A stretch of 64,000 nt of DNA from Octopus bimaculoides (lineage: Eukaryota). Positions 13,660 through 27,890 of the stretch are shown piece by piece. Numbering within the stretch: the stretch's first letter is position 1; every line of letters starts with the position of its first letter. The notes beneath the pieces are model-generated. The model was given only the letters and a program-made list of their open reading frames with translations. It searched no databases and had not been told where the DNA came from. The stretch spans positions 102,814,171-102,878,170 of the forward strand of contig NC_068987.1 in NCBI RefSeq assembly GCF_001194135.2, in the 5' to 3' direction. Position numbers and translations under genes: made by a program.

Positions 13660-14224
13660 TATGTGTGTGTATGTGTAAGAGTTTTGTTGTTGACTTATTT
13701 CCCGTGGCGTAAGAGTAGAGATTTGTGAATGAAAATATTGCAATATATAAGATACATATCTCTCTTTCAGTCTGAAAAACATAAAGAAGTGGAAAGAAAC
13801 GCGATATCTGATATAATGAGTTAAACTACTTAAATGTAAACCGTTTAGAATGAAATGTTTATTTTCAGCTGACTGCAGTAAATAAGTTGAGAGATTTGTT
13901 TAGAGATATAAACGTCTGTATATAGTTAACACATTGACTTTTGTTGAAAATGTACATGTTAATGATGGAGGAGGAAGTCGAAATAGTGTCTGCACATACC
14001 ATGTTGGAAACAAAGATTTATCGTGAATAATGAAGTGATCATGTCACTCTCGGTTGTAGAAGGCAGAGTTTAATTCTAAATTTTATAGAAGTTGTGCAAC
14101 TAAAACTGAATGTGATGGTGGCAGGGTTCTTGGCAATACAAATGAATTACATCGGTTTTCATCTATCCACTCATTTCCACCCACAATCGCTGAGTGAGTC
14201 GTTAGGGTAGAGTGCCCAAGTACT

Positions 14225-14560
14225 TCCTCCATAGGGTCCTATCAGAAGCAAACATCATATAACCTTCGCGTTAGATTCCGAAGCATGACCAAATGAAGGT
14301 ATGGACATCTTCCAACAATCTCGTTCTTGATTTATCTCTAGGTCTCCTGCCGGTCGTACCGGCTTGAAGAATCCGTCTAACGATTCTTTCCTGTCTTATT
14401 CTAATTACATTTCCGTAATACTGCAGCTGTAGCCTTTCAATGCGGAGAATTATTGGCTGGACCTGGAGAGACACTCTGACCTCCACAGTACGCACTATGT
14501 CCAATACAGTTACTCCAAAGACGTGTCAGAGGAACCTCACATATTTACTGAAGTGGTTGC
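14225..14560 (-). mobile_element. RTE-clade LINE, 3' fragment (RT C-terminal region)
   Basis: Minus-strand translation RLQLQYYGNVIRIRQERIVRRILQAGTTGRRPRDKSRTRLLEDV matches the RTE signature RL.W.GHV.R...R....I.....G.RPRGRP..RW.D. Confidence 0.8.
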
Positions 14561-14849
14561 AACTATTGCCTTTCTATTGTGTGCATTAGATGTTCTGCAT
14601 ATACTCTCAGTTGTGCATATACTTAAATATTTTCTACGTTTCATTATATTCTACAACTTAAAAATCGCAGACGCAGCATTTCAGTGCTAAGACATAATTT
14701 GTTAACTTCATTACCTTTTGTTTTTTTCCTAATATTTCTTTAGGATAAACTATAGTTGAAATACCTTGATTCAAATTACATTCTACCATATCCAGATTAT
14801 CCTAACGTAAAGTGTTAAAGTGTCTTTAATTATATACATGCATGGATAT

Positions 14850-14899
<50 letters not shown>

Positions 14900-15823
14900 A
14901 CACATATATATATATATATATATATTTCCGTATTCCCGAGCGTCATACTAATACATCTTTTGTTATTTACACCACCTGTCCTCGTCTGTTGTTGTTTTTT
15001 CGTATATTCTCCCATATATNNNNNNNNNNNNNNNNNNNNNNNNNNNNNNNNNNNNNNNNNNNNNNNNNNACACACACACACACACACAGACACACACATA
15101 TATATATATATATATGTGTATGTATATATTATATATATATATGTACATATTTTTGTAAATATAAGCTATAAGTATATATATGCATATATATGTATCCGTG
15201 TGTGCGTGTGTGTGTGTGCGTGTGTCTGCGTGTACGTATTTACGTATGCATGTATCTATATATATATGTATGTATGTATGTAAGTATGTATGTATAAATC
15301 TGTTTGGCGTGTTTGTGAGGCTAGATAAATCGATTGCTGAATTGATCACGAATGTATGTGAGAGTAAGAGAAGGGAAGATAGAGTTAATAGTAAACAACT
15401 TTTAACATTCACTCTAAGATGAAAATCGCTGGCGGCTACACGACAGGAGCGATTACAGTACGCTCTTATTGTGCGCCCGCTTTTTCTAATTGCGTATTTT
15501 AAAAGTTTACCCGCAGTTTAACCCTATTCTTCAGTTACTAGAATTATTGCTTGTGTCTCAGGTAATTCTTCAGCCACTTAGCTGATTGATGCTAATATTC
15601 GTTAATGTTTTATGTTTAATGCACCAGAATAGACAAAGTGGAATCAGTAAAAGAGTAACGACGCGTAAAAGATTGTACGATATACACTCAAATACTTCCA
15701 TCCGTCCATCCGTCCATCCGCACAAAGGTTCACACAGACATATGCTTGTGTAAATAGACATAGATAGAAGTATGTACACACACACATACACACACATACA
15801 CACATACACACACATACACACAT

Positions 15824-15876
<53 letters not shown>

Positions 15877-15880
15877 TAGA

Positions 15881-15918
<38 letters not shown>

Positions 15919-16266
15919 TAGATATGTATATATATATAAAGAAAGAGGCTATACGCAATGTAAAAACCAAACAGTAAAAATTCAATTCTTACTAATTGTG
16001 ACTGGTGGTACAGGGTACCACCTACATTGCTAGAAATAAGAGTGCAACCCTTTAGAGCTGCAAGGAAGTACATTATCGTATACTGGCCGGGGAGATAAAC
16101 GCCCCACACCGAGCGAGATCACTATACTACAGTTTTGTTTGAAAATTACAAAATAATCAGTAGTGACTTTTTCATCACTGGATGGTTGGCTAAATCCCAC
16201 TATCAGTGTATATATTTACCTCATGAATTTATGGCTTATTCAGCAAAATGCAAAAGGGAAAATTAC

Positions 16267-16316
<50 letters not shown>

Positions 16317-16319
16317 GCT

Positions 16320-16490
16320 ATTAGAAAAACAAACAAATTATCAAATTACATATGGTCTTTAAAAGAAAATGGTGTCAATTACAACATCCATTGGAAGATC
16401 TTAACCAAGTGCAAGCTTTACACCAACGGCAGTGGCAAGTGCAGTGTTTGTGATATGGAAAGATGGTTCATCTGGAAAAGCGGCTTATTA
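16320..16490 (+). mobile_element. Penelope-like element fragment, C-terminal part of the GIY-YIG endonuclease
   Basis: KTNKLSNYIWSLKENGVNYNIHWKILTKCKLYTNGSGKCSVCDMERWFI matches the PLE motif T.LS.YIW.LK....Y.I.WKI......Y.NG...C.LC..EK..I. Confidence 0.8.
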
Positions 16491-16596
16491 TGGCAACCGA
16501 ATAATTGTCACATATTACTTTACAGATAAATTTCTCTATTTACATAATATCAGGTCTCATTCATTTGTTGTCATACTATTACTATTAATATATATT

Positions 16597-16633
<37 letters not shown>

Positions 16634-16736
16634 NNNNNNNNNNNNNNNNNNNNNNNNNNNNNNNNNNNNNNNNNNNNNNNNNNNNNNNNAGACAAGAAAC
16701 AAATATATTAGTTTAACGCTCTGAAAGTGAGAAAGT

Positions 16737-16772
16737 CTTTTACGTTTTGAGCCTACGCTCTTCGGCAGAAAG
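16737..16772 (-). ncRNA. Degenerate (probably dead) minimal type I hammerhead ribozyme motif
   Basis: Minus strand reads CUUU-CUGCCGA-A-GAGC[GUAG]GCUC-AAAAC-GUA-AAAG. Stems I and II pair, but the core has A6C and G12A changes. Confidence 0.45.
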
Positions 16773-19698
16773 GAACACAGAAATGAACAGGTACAGAGAA
16801 TAGAACATATATTTAAATATATCCGAGTTCGTATGATCGTGTATAGAATATATTAATGAATGAAATTCGAACCTAGTCTGTTTCTCACGTTTTATTATGC
16901 ACAATCTTTACAATTTTTACAATATTATAATAATAGAATATTCTATATTTATCCTGATAAAACTAGTACTTTCATGCGTTGCGCAGTCATCAGGTTTATG
17001 TTGTAGTAATGACAGTCGTGTTCCAAAATAGACACCAGTTTTTGATAAACATACGCGTCTGCAGATATTGCCGACCAAGCGTCCTCCACTCACTCTACGA
17101 GCGATGCGTTTTCGAACAGCTCGCTAAAATTCTGCATGATAAATCTGTATCTTACGTTGTTGTTTTTATTTACTCATATATTTAATTATTTTTTCGAAAT
17201 TACCCACTTAAAAACTTTATACAGCACAAAGACCACTGAGTCTTTATACAGCACAAAGACCACAAAGACCACAGAGTCACTGTCATTAGGACCTTACTTT
17301 GCATGTTTCGTCCATTGGTGTGAATGGCAAGTATTGCTTTTTCTAATTGAACGCCCATGTATCACATTCTTTTAACGGGAACTTTACACAGTCATCAAAT
17401 CGTAGTCTTTTAATCTGCGGAGATCGCTTTTTCTACAAACAGCATTTTCACTATGTACCATATGGTTTGGAGTCCCCCAATTACTCATCCGTGCTTCAAT
17501 GCTCAAAACGAATGTTTTCTTTTCGGCTGCCACGTTTCAATTTCTTCAATTGTTATTCCAATTGATTTTATATTTGGTGTATTGGTGTAGTTTTGTATGA
17601 TGATTCATGATATGAAATTCATTTTCGCTATCAAACAATAAATAATGAGTTTATAGCTTCTAAAATGCTGGCTAATTTTAGCCAACCGAAAGCCAGAGAC
17701 ATATAAATGCTCGTTTCCATAGTAACAAGCCAAGCTGTTACCAAGATGCATACCCACATGGTCATTCTTCATTTATTAAATATTTAAAACATGTGGTATG
17801 AAGTGGTCGTGAGATGTGCTAAAATGATGGCTAAATAGGCCTTAAATCACACAACAAAATCCTTTTTTGGCTGGTGGGTTGTAATAATCGTATTAATTCC
17901 CGCATGTAGAATACAAATTCGGAACAGTTTTCTGAAAATTCCTAAGAATGAAAATGTTATATAACCATATGTCGTGCATAAAGCAGAATTCCGCAAAATC
18001 TCATTTGTTTAAAGTTGAAAACAATGCAGTCGCGCACCAAAATGACAGCTTCTAATTCCTGTTCGCTGACTGGGTAAACATTATCAAACTTTAAACCACT
18101 GTAACTTTATAAATTTTTTCTGGAAAAAGTGAATTAGGCCGTGAGATTCAACGTGGAAGATTACATCAATACTCCAAATTTTAAGATGTTCACTGACATT
18201 CAAAATTACCACAAGTGCAGTCAAGCAGAAAGGATCTCTCAATGCGTTTGCAACCGTCTAAGTATCTGAGTGGAGTCTGCATGGACAAGCTAACATTCAG
18301 AATTTATCTCAGACGTCTCTGATGGAAACATTCAAGAACCCTTACATGATGTCTGTAATGAGTCATTATCTTCTATGAATAAAGAAAAGACATCAGGATG
18401 CACACTGGGTACGACCTGAGTTGCTATGCTGGGATCAGATTGAAAACGCAAGAGCCCTGAAGAAGTCAGTTGCCTCCAACACAAAAGATATTACAAATAT
18501 ATGTATATACGTACGTGTGTGTGCGTCTCTGTGTGTGTATGTGCAGTGNNNNNNNNNNNNNNNNNNNNNNNNNNNNNNNNNNNNNNNNNNNNNNNNNNNN
18601 NNNNNNNNNNNNNNNNNNNNNNNNNNNNNNNNNNNNNNNNNNNNNNNNNNNNTATATATGTGTGTGTGTGTATGTGTGTGTGTGTGTGTGTGCGTGTGTA
18701 TACATATATATATATATAATTATATATCTATGTTTGCGTGCATCTGTAAGTATAAGTGTGTGTGTGTGTGCGTGCGCGCATTTGTGAGTGTGTGTGTGCT
18801 AATAATTACTCCCATAGAAAGTTGAATGAACTTCATTTTGTAGTCAACATGGGCCTTTATCAAGGTCTTACGCGGAAAGTTCACTCAGTACATTCTATTC
18901 TTTCTCCTGCACTAAAACGTGTTACACATACATACAGACATACATTCATACACATTCATGTATACATATACATATATACATACATATATACATATACATA
19001 TATATATATATATATATATANNNNNNNNNNNNNNNNNNNNNNNNNNNNNNNNNNNNNNNNNNNNNNNNNNNNNNNNNNNNNNNNNNNNNNNNNNNNNNNN
19101 NNNNNNNNNNNNNNNNNNNNNNNNNNNNNNNNNNNNNNNNNNNNNNNNNNNNNNNNNNNNNNNNNNNNNNNNNNNNNNNNNNNNNNNNNNNNNNNNNNNN
19201 NNNNNNNNNNNNNNNNNNNNNNNNNNNNNNNNNNNNNNNNNATATATAAACAAACATATATGTATAAATATGTAAGAGCGTGTGTGTGCGTGAATGGGCT
19301 GGGAAATCCAGGTACCCTTTTTCAATGAATATTGTGTACCCCCTTGCATGCAAGTAGCTATAAATGTGTGTGTCTTTCTGTGTGTGCGTGTTTTTATCTG
19401 CGTGTGCATGTGCATGCGTCTGTGTTAGAGAAATAGTATTTCTTATTCTAAATCTGTATTTTTCTTTTGTAAATGGAATGCATGGCTTGTTGAGGCATGT
19501 AGGACTATATACAGGAACGTGTTTCTGATCATGTACGTGTAGGAAACGCAAAGTTGTTATAAGATTATAGGTATATATATATATAGGTGCGTGTGTGTGT
19601 GTGTGTGTGCGTGTGCGTGTACATACGCAGGCACACGCGTAAGTGCACACACACATACATAGATATGTATGCATATATGTGTAAGTATATATAGATAC

Positions 19699-19730
<32 letters not shown>

Positions 19731-19825
19731 NNNNNNNNNNATACGTGTGCATGTTTTACATATGTACATATGTGTGTGTGTAAATATATGGTTTCTCTCT
19801 CATTCTCCTACTGTGTGTCTGTATA

Positions 19826-19862
<37 letters not shown>

Positions 19863-19920
19863 CACTAAGAAAAAATTAAACTGCGTTATACATACATACA
19901 TGCATGCATACATGCATGCA

Positions 19921-19953
<33 letters not shown>

Positions 19954-20113
19954 GCATAGATACCTGTGTTTGAGTGCGTGTGTGTATGATCCTAATTACA
20001 AATAAGAAAAAATACAACGCAACGCAATATTAAAGCAAGCGCAGAACAGAAATATATAATGGGTAGAAGACCATGTATATAGATCTATACATCTGAAAGT
20101 CTACATTAATAGA

Positions 20114-20193
<80 letters not shown>
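20114..20193. repeat. (AAT)n microsatellite
   Basis: Perfect AAT array of about 27 units. Confidence 0.97.
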
Positions 20194-20197
<4 letters not shown>

Positions 20198-20339
20198 AAT
20201 AAAGATGGAGCTTGCAGTACACATTGACCCAAAGTTCAGTAGGTTTGGTGGGCTTTGAATAATCTAAATGAAGCTATTCACCAATGGAAATGGCAGACTA
20301 CTAGAAATTCTATGTTCCAGACGTTGCAAAGTGTATTCT

Positions 20340-20861
20340 TGATATTGTTGTTGTTGTTCGTAATGGTGTTGTTGTTGTTGCTGGTGTTGCTGGTGGTGGT
20401 GGTGGTGGTGGTGGTGGTGATGATAATGATCCTTGTTAGAAAGGTGGTCATAGCAAATGTTGTCCTCGTCACTATGTCGTTATTTGTTGTTGCTGTTGTT
20501 GTTGAGGTGGTATTGTTGTAGTTGTTGTATTTTGTTTTTTTGGTTGGGTTTAGGGAATTTCTTATGTATTATTCTTTTTATTTTGCTTCTTTACTGATGT
20601 TGTTTGTTTGTTTGTTTGTTTGTTTTTTTTTAAGGTTTTTTTTTCACTCATTTCTTCTTGAACGGAAAGAATTGCCCTTCCCCAACCCGCAATTATTGAT
20701 ACCATTCATTCATTCCCTGATTCATTTATCCAGTTATTTATTTATTTATTTATTTATCTATTTATTCTTTCATTCTGTCATTTAGTAATTCTGGGTGCAG
20801 GTGAAAGTAAAGGTGAAGATGAATAAAGCGAGAGAAAAACAGAAATGAAGTTATGCAGGGC

Positions 20862-20904
<43 letters not shown>

Positions 20905-21049
20905 GCAGCAACAACACCAGCAACAACAACCAGAGCAATAACAGTAACAACAATAATGAAGAAAATTGATATAAATGAGAAGGAAAAAAATCATCGGAAA
21001 AAAAAAAGATCAAAGGTGCTGGAGACGGCGCTGTTTGCAACTGTGATGT

Positions 21050-21098
<49 letters not shown>

Positions 21099-21298
21099 GA
21101 TGATGATGATGATGATGACGATGATGGCGAGGACGATGATGATATCGAGGTGAAGGAGGAGGAAGACAATGAGTAGGAGGGCATGGTGGTGATGTATAGA
21201 TATGTTTCAATTGATGGTTCTGACGATGGTCGAATGCGGGAAGATTCGGATAGAAATGGAATATGACAATGTTGTTGATGATGATGATGGTGATGGTC

Positions 21299-21349
<51 letters not shown>

Positions 21350-22160
21350 TTGATGATGATGATGATGATGATGGCAGTGTGGTGGGGGCGTGACTACGAT
21401 CATGTTGATGATGATGATGATGACGTCGATGGTGATAAGAACGTTGATGACGTTGACATTCATGATGATGAAGATGACGAGACGATGATGATGATGATGA
21501 TGATGATGATAATGAGAAGGGGGAGGATGGCACCGACAACGTCTTCGACGATGTTGTTGAGGATGATGAGCACGTGGATAATTGCTGTCACTGTGTAGTA
21601 ATAGTTGTGACGATGGCTCTACTGAAAGTAGATGCAGATGACTGTTGAAGACGATGATGGCTCTTATGATCAGGTTACGATGATGATGATGATGGCGACC
21701 ACAACAACGACGGCTGATGATGCTGCTACTGCTGTCCCTGCTGCTGTCGTTGATGCAGCAGCTTTTGAGGTTGCTGGTGGTGCTGCTGCTGCTGTGGTTG
21801 CTGTTGTTACTGCTACTGCTGCTGTTGTTGCTGCTGTTACTGCTGCTGCTGCTGCTGCTGGTGTTAATAAAGATGCTGATGATGGTGATTGCGAAGATGA
21901 CGTTTGTGATGATAAAACTGGCGACGGCGGTGGTGATGGTGGTGGTGATGGTGGTGGTGGTAGTAGTGGTGGTAGTGGTGATGGTGGTCAAGGCTATGAT
22001 GATAAAGCTGATGATGATGAAGGCGATACACATGATGCTAGTAATGAGAATGACATGGATGACAATGATAATAAAGTTATGAATTAGGGAATTTTGATGG
22101 TTACAATGATGATGTTTATGACAATGATATCATGATGACGATGATAACGAAGATGATATT
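20340..22160. repeat. Compound trinucleotide low-complexity mosaic (GTT, GGT, CAA, GAT, GCT)
   Basis: Successive pure and imperfect blocks of different triplets; source of the 423-aa pseudo-ORF. Confidence 0.9.
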
Positions 22161-22531
22161 ATTGTTGCTTTTCGGTCTCCATGTTAATTCTGAATGGACG
22201 GCTATATTCGCTAATACATTCCACCCATCACATCACCTTAACATACCATTTTCAGTCGTCGTGTGCATAGGATCACGTTAGGTGATACGGCTTACGGTTT
22301 TTAGGTCAATGGTGTTGGATAAATACATATATATATATTTATATGATTTGTCATCTTCTTAATTATAGTTATATATGTATGTTATCTATTTATTTTTGAT
22401 ACGTATATACATAAATTACACACATATATACATAAATGAGATAAGTATACAAACATATATTGCATACACATATAACCATACATACATAAATATATATATA
22501 TATGCATGTATACACACACACACACACACAC

Positions 22532-22613
<82 letters not shown>

Positions 22614-23300
22614 ATGTATATATAAATTATATATATATATATAGATAGATAGATAGCTAGATCGATAGATATAAATTATATATATATATAACCATTATAT
22701 ATATATATATAAATGACTCAATAGGTTTATGTGATTGTAACTGGTTTTTCATTAAATATACTGATGCATAACATAGATGTCAATTTGAAAATCGATTAAT
22801 ATTTCTTATAGTATCTAGAATATTTTAGATGGCATGTTCTATCTTTAAATTTGCATTTGTTCATTTAAATGACCCCCCCCCCCTTTTTGATTCAATACTT
22901 ACATAAAGTATTTAATTTAATCTGCGAATTGTCCATAAAGAATTTAATTTAATCTATGAATTGTGCATTTATAATGATTCCTTACGAAAAATGTGTATGA
23001 AATACCTATGTAACATCCTTCAATTTATTTCTGCTGTACAACCTGAATGAAGTTATGGGTTCTCTTGTCAGCAAGATACGTAGTGTTCTCCCACTATTAC
23101 TCGAGAAATTATACAGAGCATTTTTCGCAAAGGTCTAATCAAAGGATAAGTTGCCTAAAACTTGGATTAGCATGGTTTGGCGGATACAAATTCTATGATG
23201 ATTAATGTGCTTGCCTTGTGAACATCAAGGGAACCAAAGGAGGTTATCGAAGCAAACATATACTTACCTGGAATAAGATATTCTACCATTCTGACCTCTA

Positions 23301-23450
23301 GTGGAGGCGCGTGGATTAGTGGTTAGGGTGTTTGACTCGTGATCTTTAAATTGTGGTTTCGATACTTGGATCGTGTGACGCGTTGTATTCTTGAGCAAAA
23401 CATTTCATTTCAGGTTGCTCTGGCAAAAATGAGTAATCCTACGACATGAC
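23301..23450 (+). mobile_element. tRNA-derived SINE, family B
   Basis: Head GTGGAGGCGCGTGGATTAGTGGTTAGGG (A-box-like) and GGTTTCGATAC (B-box-like), followed by the body CGCGTTGTATTCTTGAGCAAAACATTTCATTTCAGGTTGCTC. Confidence 0.8.
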
Positions 23451-24879
23451 TCATGAAGGTAATTTTACCTTTACCTATCTTAAAGTCTATGGCTCACACG
23501 AAGGTTTCCGTTGAAAATAAGTTGTTCTCTCCTCTTCTACGAAAAACAATGAAGTGTTTGAAATTATCTGAAGGGAATTCTGAAGTAAATGTGCGTACCA
23601 CAATATGAGCCTAATGATCAACAACTACAAGCATAGTATGCAACGTGTCCTTTCACACAACGGCAATTCCGTTGGTCACTAGAGTTAGCAAAGATATTTT
23701 ATCAATTTCATCAATTGGTGACTTATGAAGACAGAAATATGAATTATTTCTGAGGTCTCATTTAATATGAGCGATATTTTATATTTGAGATAGCTGAGTC
23801 AATGGATAAAAAGTGAACCACCGTTGAAAATAAATAATGCCATCAACCAACCATTTCTTGAGAGGTAGTTAAATAATCATCCTTCTACCATTATATATCG
23901 GAGTAGTTCTCCTGAAGTAATTTGTATATGCTTTGAAGGAATTGTGTCCCCTTTGGCTACTTATATTCAGTAGTATATCCAGTGGCTTGAGCACAGAAGA
24001 TCTTAAAGCAGAATGCTTTTGATAAGCACGGAAATAAAGTTTATAAAATATTTTGTTAGATTCGTGAAATTATTTACCTTCACGTTGGAGACATTCGAGC
24101 AAGAACTACTAGAACTTTTTCCTTCAGCATACAGAGAAATTTTCAATTAATTGAAGACTTGTTTGTATATTTTAAGAGGTGTCATATTTTGCAAAGCAAT
24201 AAAATGGCTGGTGTAGCTGCCAGTCCAGATACGAATGCTGCTACTAATCCAGTTTGAGAATGTGAAGGCAATGGTTTTTGTAAGGGGTTTCACTCCAGTC
24301 AGGCGTACAATTTTGGTGAAACTAGGCTTTTCTGAAGACAAATACAGTGCTAGGTGTTACATTTACAATAAAGTTTACTCATTTTATTCAATGTCTCAAG
24401 ATATACTATGATTTAAAGGATATTTCTGATCTGAGAGCGAATAAATCCATAAGAACACAGCGCCTTCCTTCCAGCCGGCGCATCAACGAATCATAGCCTA
24501 CTTCAAGGCATTTTGATAACGAAAATTGAACCAACTCATAAAAGCAATTTATAGGGAATAAAAACCTAAACTTCGATACTAATGGGCAAAGTGTCACCGC
24601 TGTGAAATCAGTTGATTACATAACCAGGGAATAAGAGAAGTTAGATAATCAGCTTTGAAATGTATTTAGGAAACATGTAGACTGATGATATCCGGGATTT
24701 TAATCTTCTTCTAGTAGTTAATTCTACGTCAAGTTTTGCAAGATATTTCGAACCTGGAAAATGATGTAGAGCTTGAAGAAGTCGCAAAAGCAGATGAATT
24801 GCTACGATACCCTAGATAAAATTTGCCTCATGAGGAACCCACAAGCTCGAAAGGAAGAAGGGCATATATACGATCCAGA

Positions 24880-25870
24880 AACTCCACTTAAGCTGATGCA
24901 AACCATGAACGTACCAAACGATCAACGATATTAATTCATATTGAACAGATTTTACATTGAGCTTTACAGAAAGACAATCAGCATGGCTTTCATGAAATTA
25001 ATCTATTAAAAAACTTGCTCTTTTATGCCACAGAGCAACAGTCTCTCACTTTACAGAAGCTAGGTGAAAAACAATGTTATTGCCATAAACCTCAATAAAA
25101 AATTTGACTGTGTCTGGCATGCAAATCTCCTCACAACACATGCCATCCAGTGGATCCATTCATCTATCTTCTCCTGGATTCCTAACTCCTCGCAAAATCG
25201 CGTATTTGTGTGTGTTGACAAACTTCTTCCTTCTTCATTCTCAAAAGAATTTCGTGTGCTACAGAATTAGATTTTCTTCCCCACACCACTCTCTTCTTTC
25301 TATATATCAATGGCATACTTGCAATTACATCCACTACCGCGTACGATTATGCAGATAATACAAGACCTTATAACTCACAAGCACACCTAAAACTTACATT
25401 ATCCATATGCAACCAGCTTTGATTCCATGAACAGAGAATTTGAAACATTTTCCAGTGTGTCCATATCAATTGTGTTTCATTTGGCAGAAACAAAATTAGT
25501 AGTAATAAACACATGAACAGAAATTCAGCCCAATCCCCTAAACATGAACCACACTCAGCTAGAGACAAATACTGGGCTCGATTATCTTCGAAGATCAATC
25601 ACTTCGAGTGAAAGCCTCTGTGTTACTATTATGTGAGGACCGCATCTGAAAGACTGACTCTTCTATTCAGACCCACAAAATATATTAGTTACCATAATTT
25701 TCTGACATTCTACAAGGCTCAAGTGAGACTGACAGCGTAGTAGTGTTCACTCAGAAGGGACTTCTAGGCTGATCAGCATTCAATCGTTAGCGGACACACT
25801 GCAGCTTCTGGTATTAATTTCAACGTCTTTGAAAGAACTACAAGGTACGTGTTGACGGTCCTTTCCTCCT
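24880..25870 (+). mobile_element. Degraded CR1/L2-group LINE, reverse transcriptase region
   Basis: Collinear RT motifs broken by frameshifts and stops: DNQHGF (~24970), IAINLNKKFDCVWHANLL (~25080; consensus ALDISKAFDRVWH), YADN at 25348-25359 (YADD box), and RLTLLFRPTKY...LTFYKAQVR (~25650-25730). Confidence 0.85.
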
Positions 25871-26911
25871 GATTAGAAGTAAAAGAAATAATCTTGAGCA
25901 TATAAAACGTTGGATATTTTCTTACGCGTATGCATTATTTCTTGCAAGGTTATACTCATATATACACATACACATGCACATACGTATAATTACAAGACAA
26001 TAAAGAACTCATAAGTATACGGAGTGCAATTGATTGCATAATTATTATCTTCGAGATAAAGTAAAATCGAGTGCTATGTTTTACACAACCTAATCTAATA
26101 AATAAGACAAACAATATTTAATGAAATCATTATTACAATGAAGCAAGTTGGAATGTTATGTATTAATCATCTTTAACTATTGAGCGAAATCAAAACCATC
26201 ATCGAAATAATGAAAAACAAAATGAAACGATATTAAGATCAATAAATTTATGCATGAAAATTGAAATAAGAATATTTATAAATCGCAGAAATTCCAAGGG
26301 TCTCGCTAGTTCTTATAATTATTATATTATCAATCCGTTAGTGTTGTATTTTACTGATATTTTTCATATAACACATTTTGGTATTGATGTTACCGTCATT
26401 AATGATATTGTCTTTTCTACTGTTTGTTAATTACAATATTCAGTGTTTATATATTTTATTGTTCGTTGTCTTCAGTGTTGTCGAAGTTATTTGATGTTCT
26501 TGTCGCGCTTAATGTTTACACTCTGACTGTTGTTGCCATTCTTTTTGTTATTAATCTGCAATATTTCGATAATATTACCAACTATTTATTTATATATTTT
26601 TTTTCTTTATTCATCACTACCCTTCCTACACAATTTTTTTCAAAATTTCTCTTTCTACCAGTTTCACACAAAACATTTCCCCCTTCACTTTATGCTTTTA
26701 TCTCTCACCTTACTTTACGACTTGGAAACCCCGCTCTTTGACTTTCCCTCAACCCCACTCGCTCTTTCCTCATCTATGAATCAATCCTTTCTTATTTCTC
26801 TTTAGAGAGAGGTGGAAGGATTGAGAGATAGAATGAGCGAGAGGGGGAAATAGGAACAAAAGCTACGATAAAGAGAAATGATTGACAGACAAAGCGGTAA
26901 TTGCATATTTA

Positions 26912-26959
<48 letters not shown>

Positions 26960-27261
26960 GTGCACAAATGTTTATATACTTGTATATACACTTATACATA
27001 TTTATATATATAATAAATACATGTATATATATGCATATACGCATATTTATGTATATGTAAGTACACATACACATATACATATATGTATGTTTAGACGGGG
27101 CGAGCTTGTTTGTGTTTTGTATTCTATTTTCCATCATTAAATCTCTACTCCTGTTTACTTGCTGCATTTGTTAACACCGATCCTTCTTTTAAATATCATC
27201 TTTGCGACATTTTCTTTCTTTGTTTCCCACTTAAGCTCTCGGTCTCCCCCCCCACCTCTCA

Positions 27262-27297
<36 letters not shown>

Positions 27298-27320
27298 TTT
27301 TCTCTCCCTANNNNNNNNNN

Positions 27321-27361
<41 letters not shown>

Positions 27362-27839
27362 TTTTCTCTCCCTACTCAGTCTCTTTATAAGACCCACCTC
27401 GATACCCGGCTCTACCCTCTATTTCATTGATTCTCCCTCCCTCCCTCTTTCTTTCCCTCTTTCTCATTCGCTTTTGTACTCTCATTTGAAGCTGATTAAA
27501 GAATTCAAACATACGAATGTTTTAAGATGCAAGCCTTTAATTTAAAACGTGTAGAGTAAGTGAGGAAAAGGGAAGGTTTCAAAAATTTCAGGAACAAAAA
27601 TTAGGGTTTAGCACTAGTGAGTGTTGTGGGTGATGGTGAGGAGTACAGGAGTCTTAAAAGCCCGATGAAGGCAGCGAGGAATGTAAAAGCATTGATTGGT
27701 AGTGGTGATCTTAGTGTATTTAGCATCACGCACTCCTTTAGACACACGCCGTAATCTGAGCTACAATTGGTTGTCATCAATACATAATATTGCGTAATTA
27801 GTGGAAAATCAATAATACATGAATAGGACAGATTAATCA

Positions 27840-27890
<51 letters not shown>

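Noticed and set aside
16040-16132. tRNA-like fragment on the minus strand (GTAGTATAGTG...CCCCGGCC)
   Set aside because: Too degenerate: no B box and no second copy in the window.
17713-17726. RFX X-box match GTTTCCATAGTAAC
   Set aside because: A degenerate 14-mer has a substantial chance of appearing once in this much AT-rich DNA, and there is no promoter context.
20762-22033. 423-aa ORF, the longest in the window
   Set aside because: Poly-T/S/H/L from trinucleotide repeats, open in several frames on both strands, with no domain.
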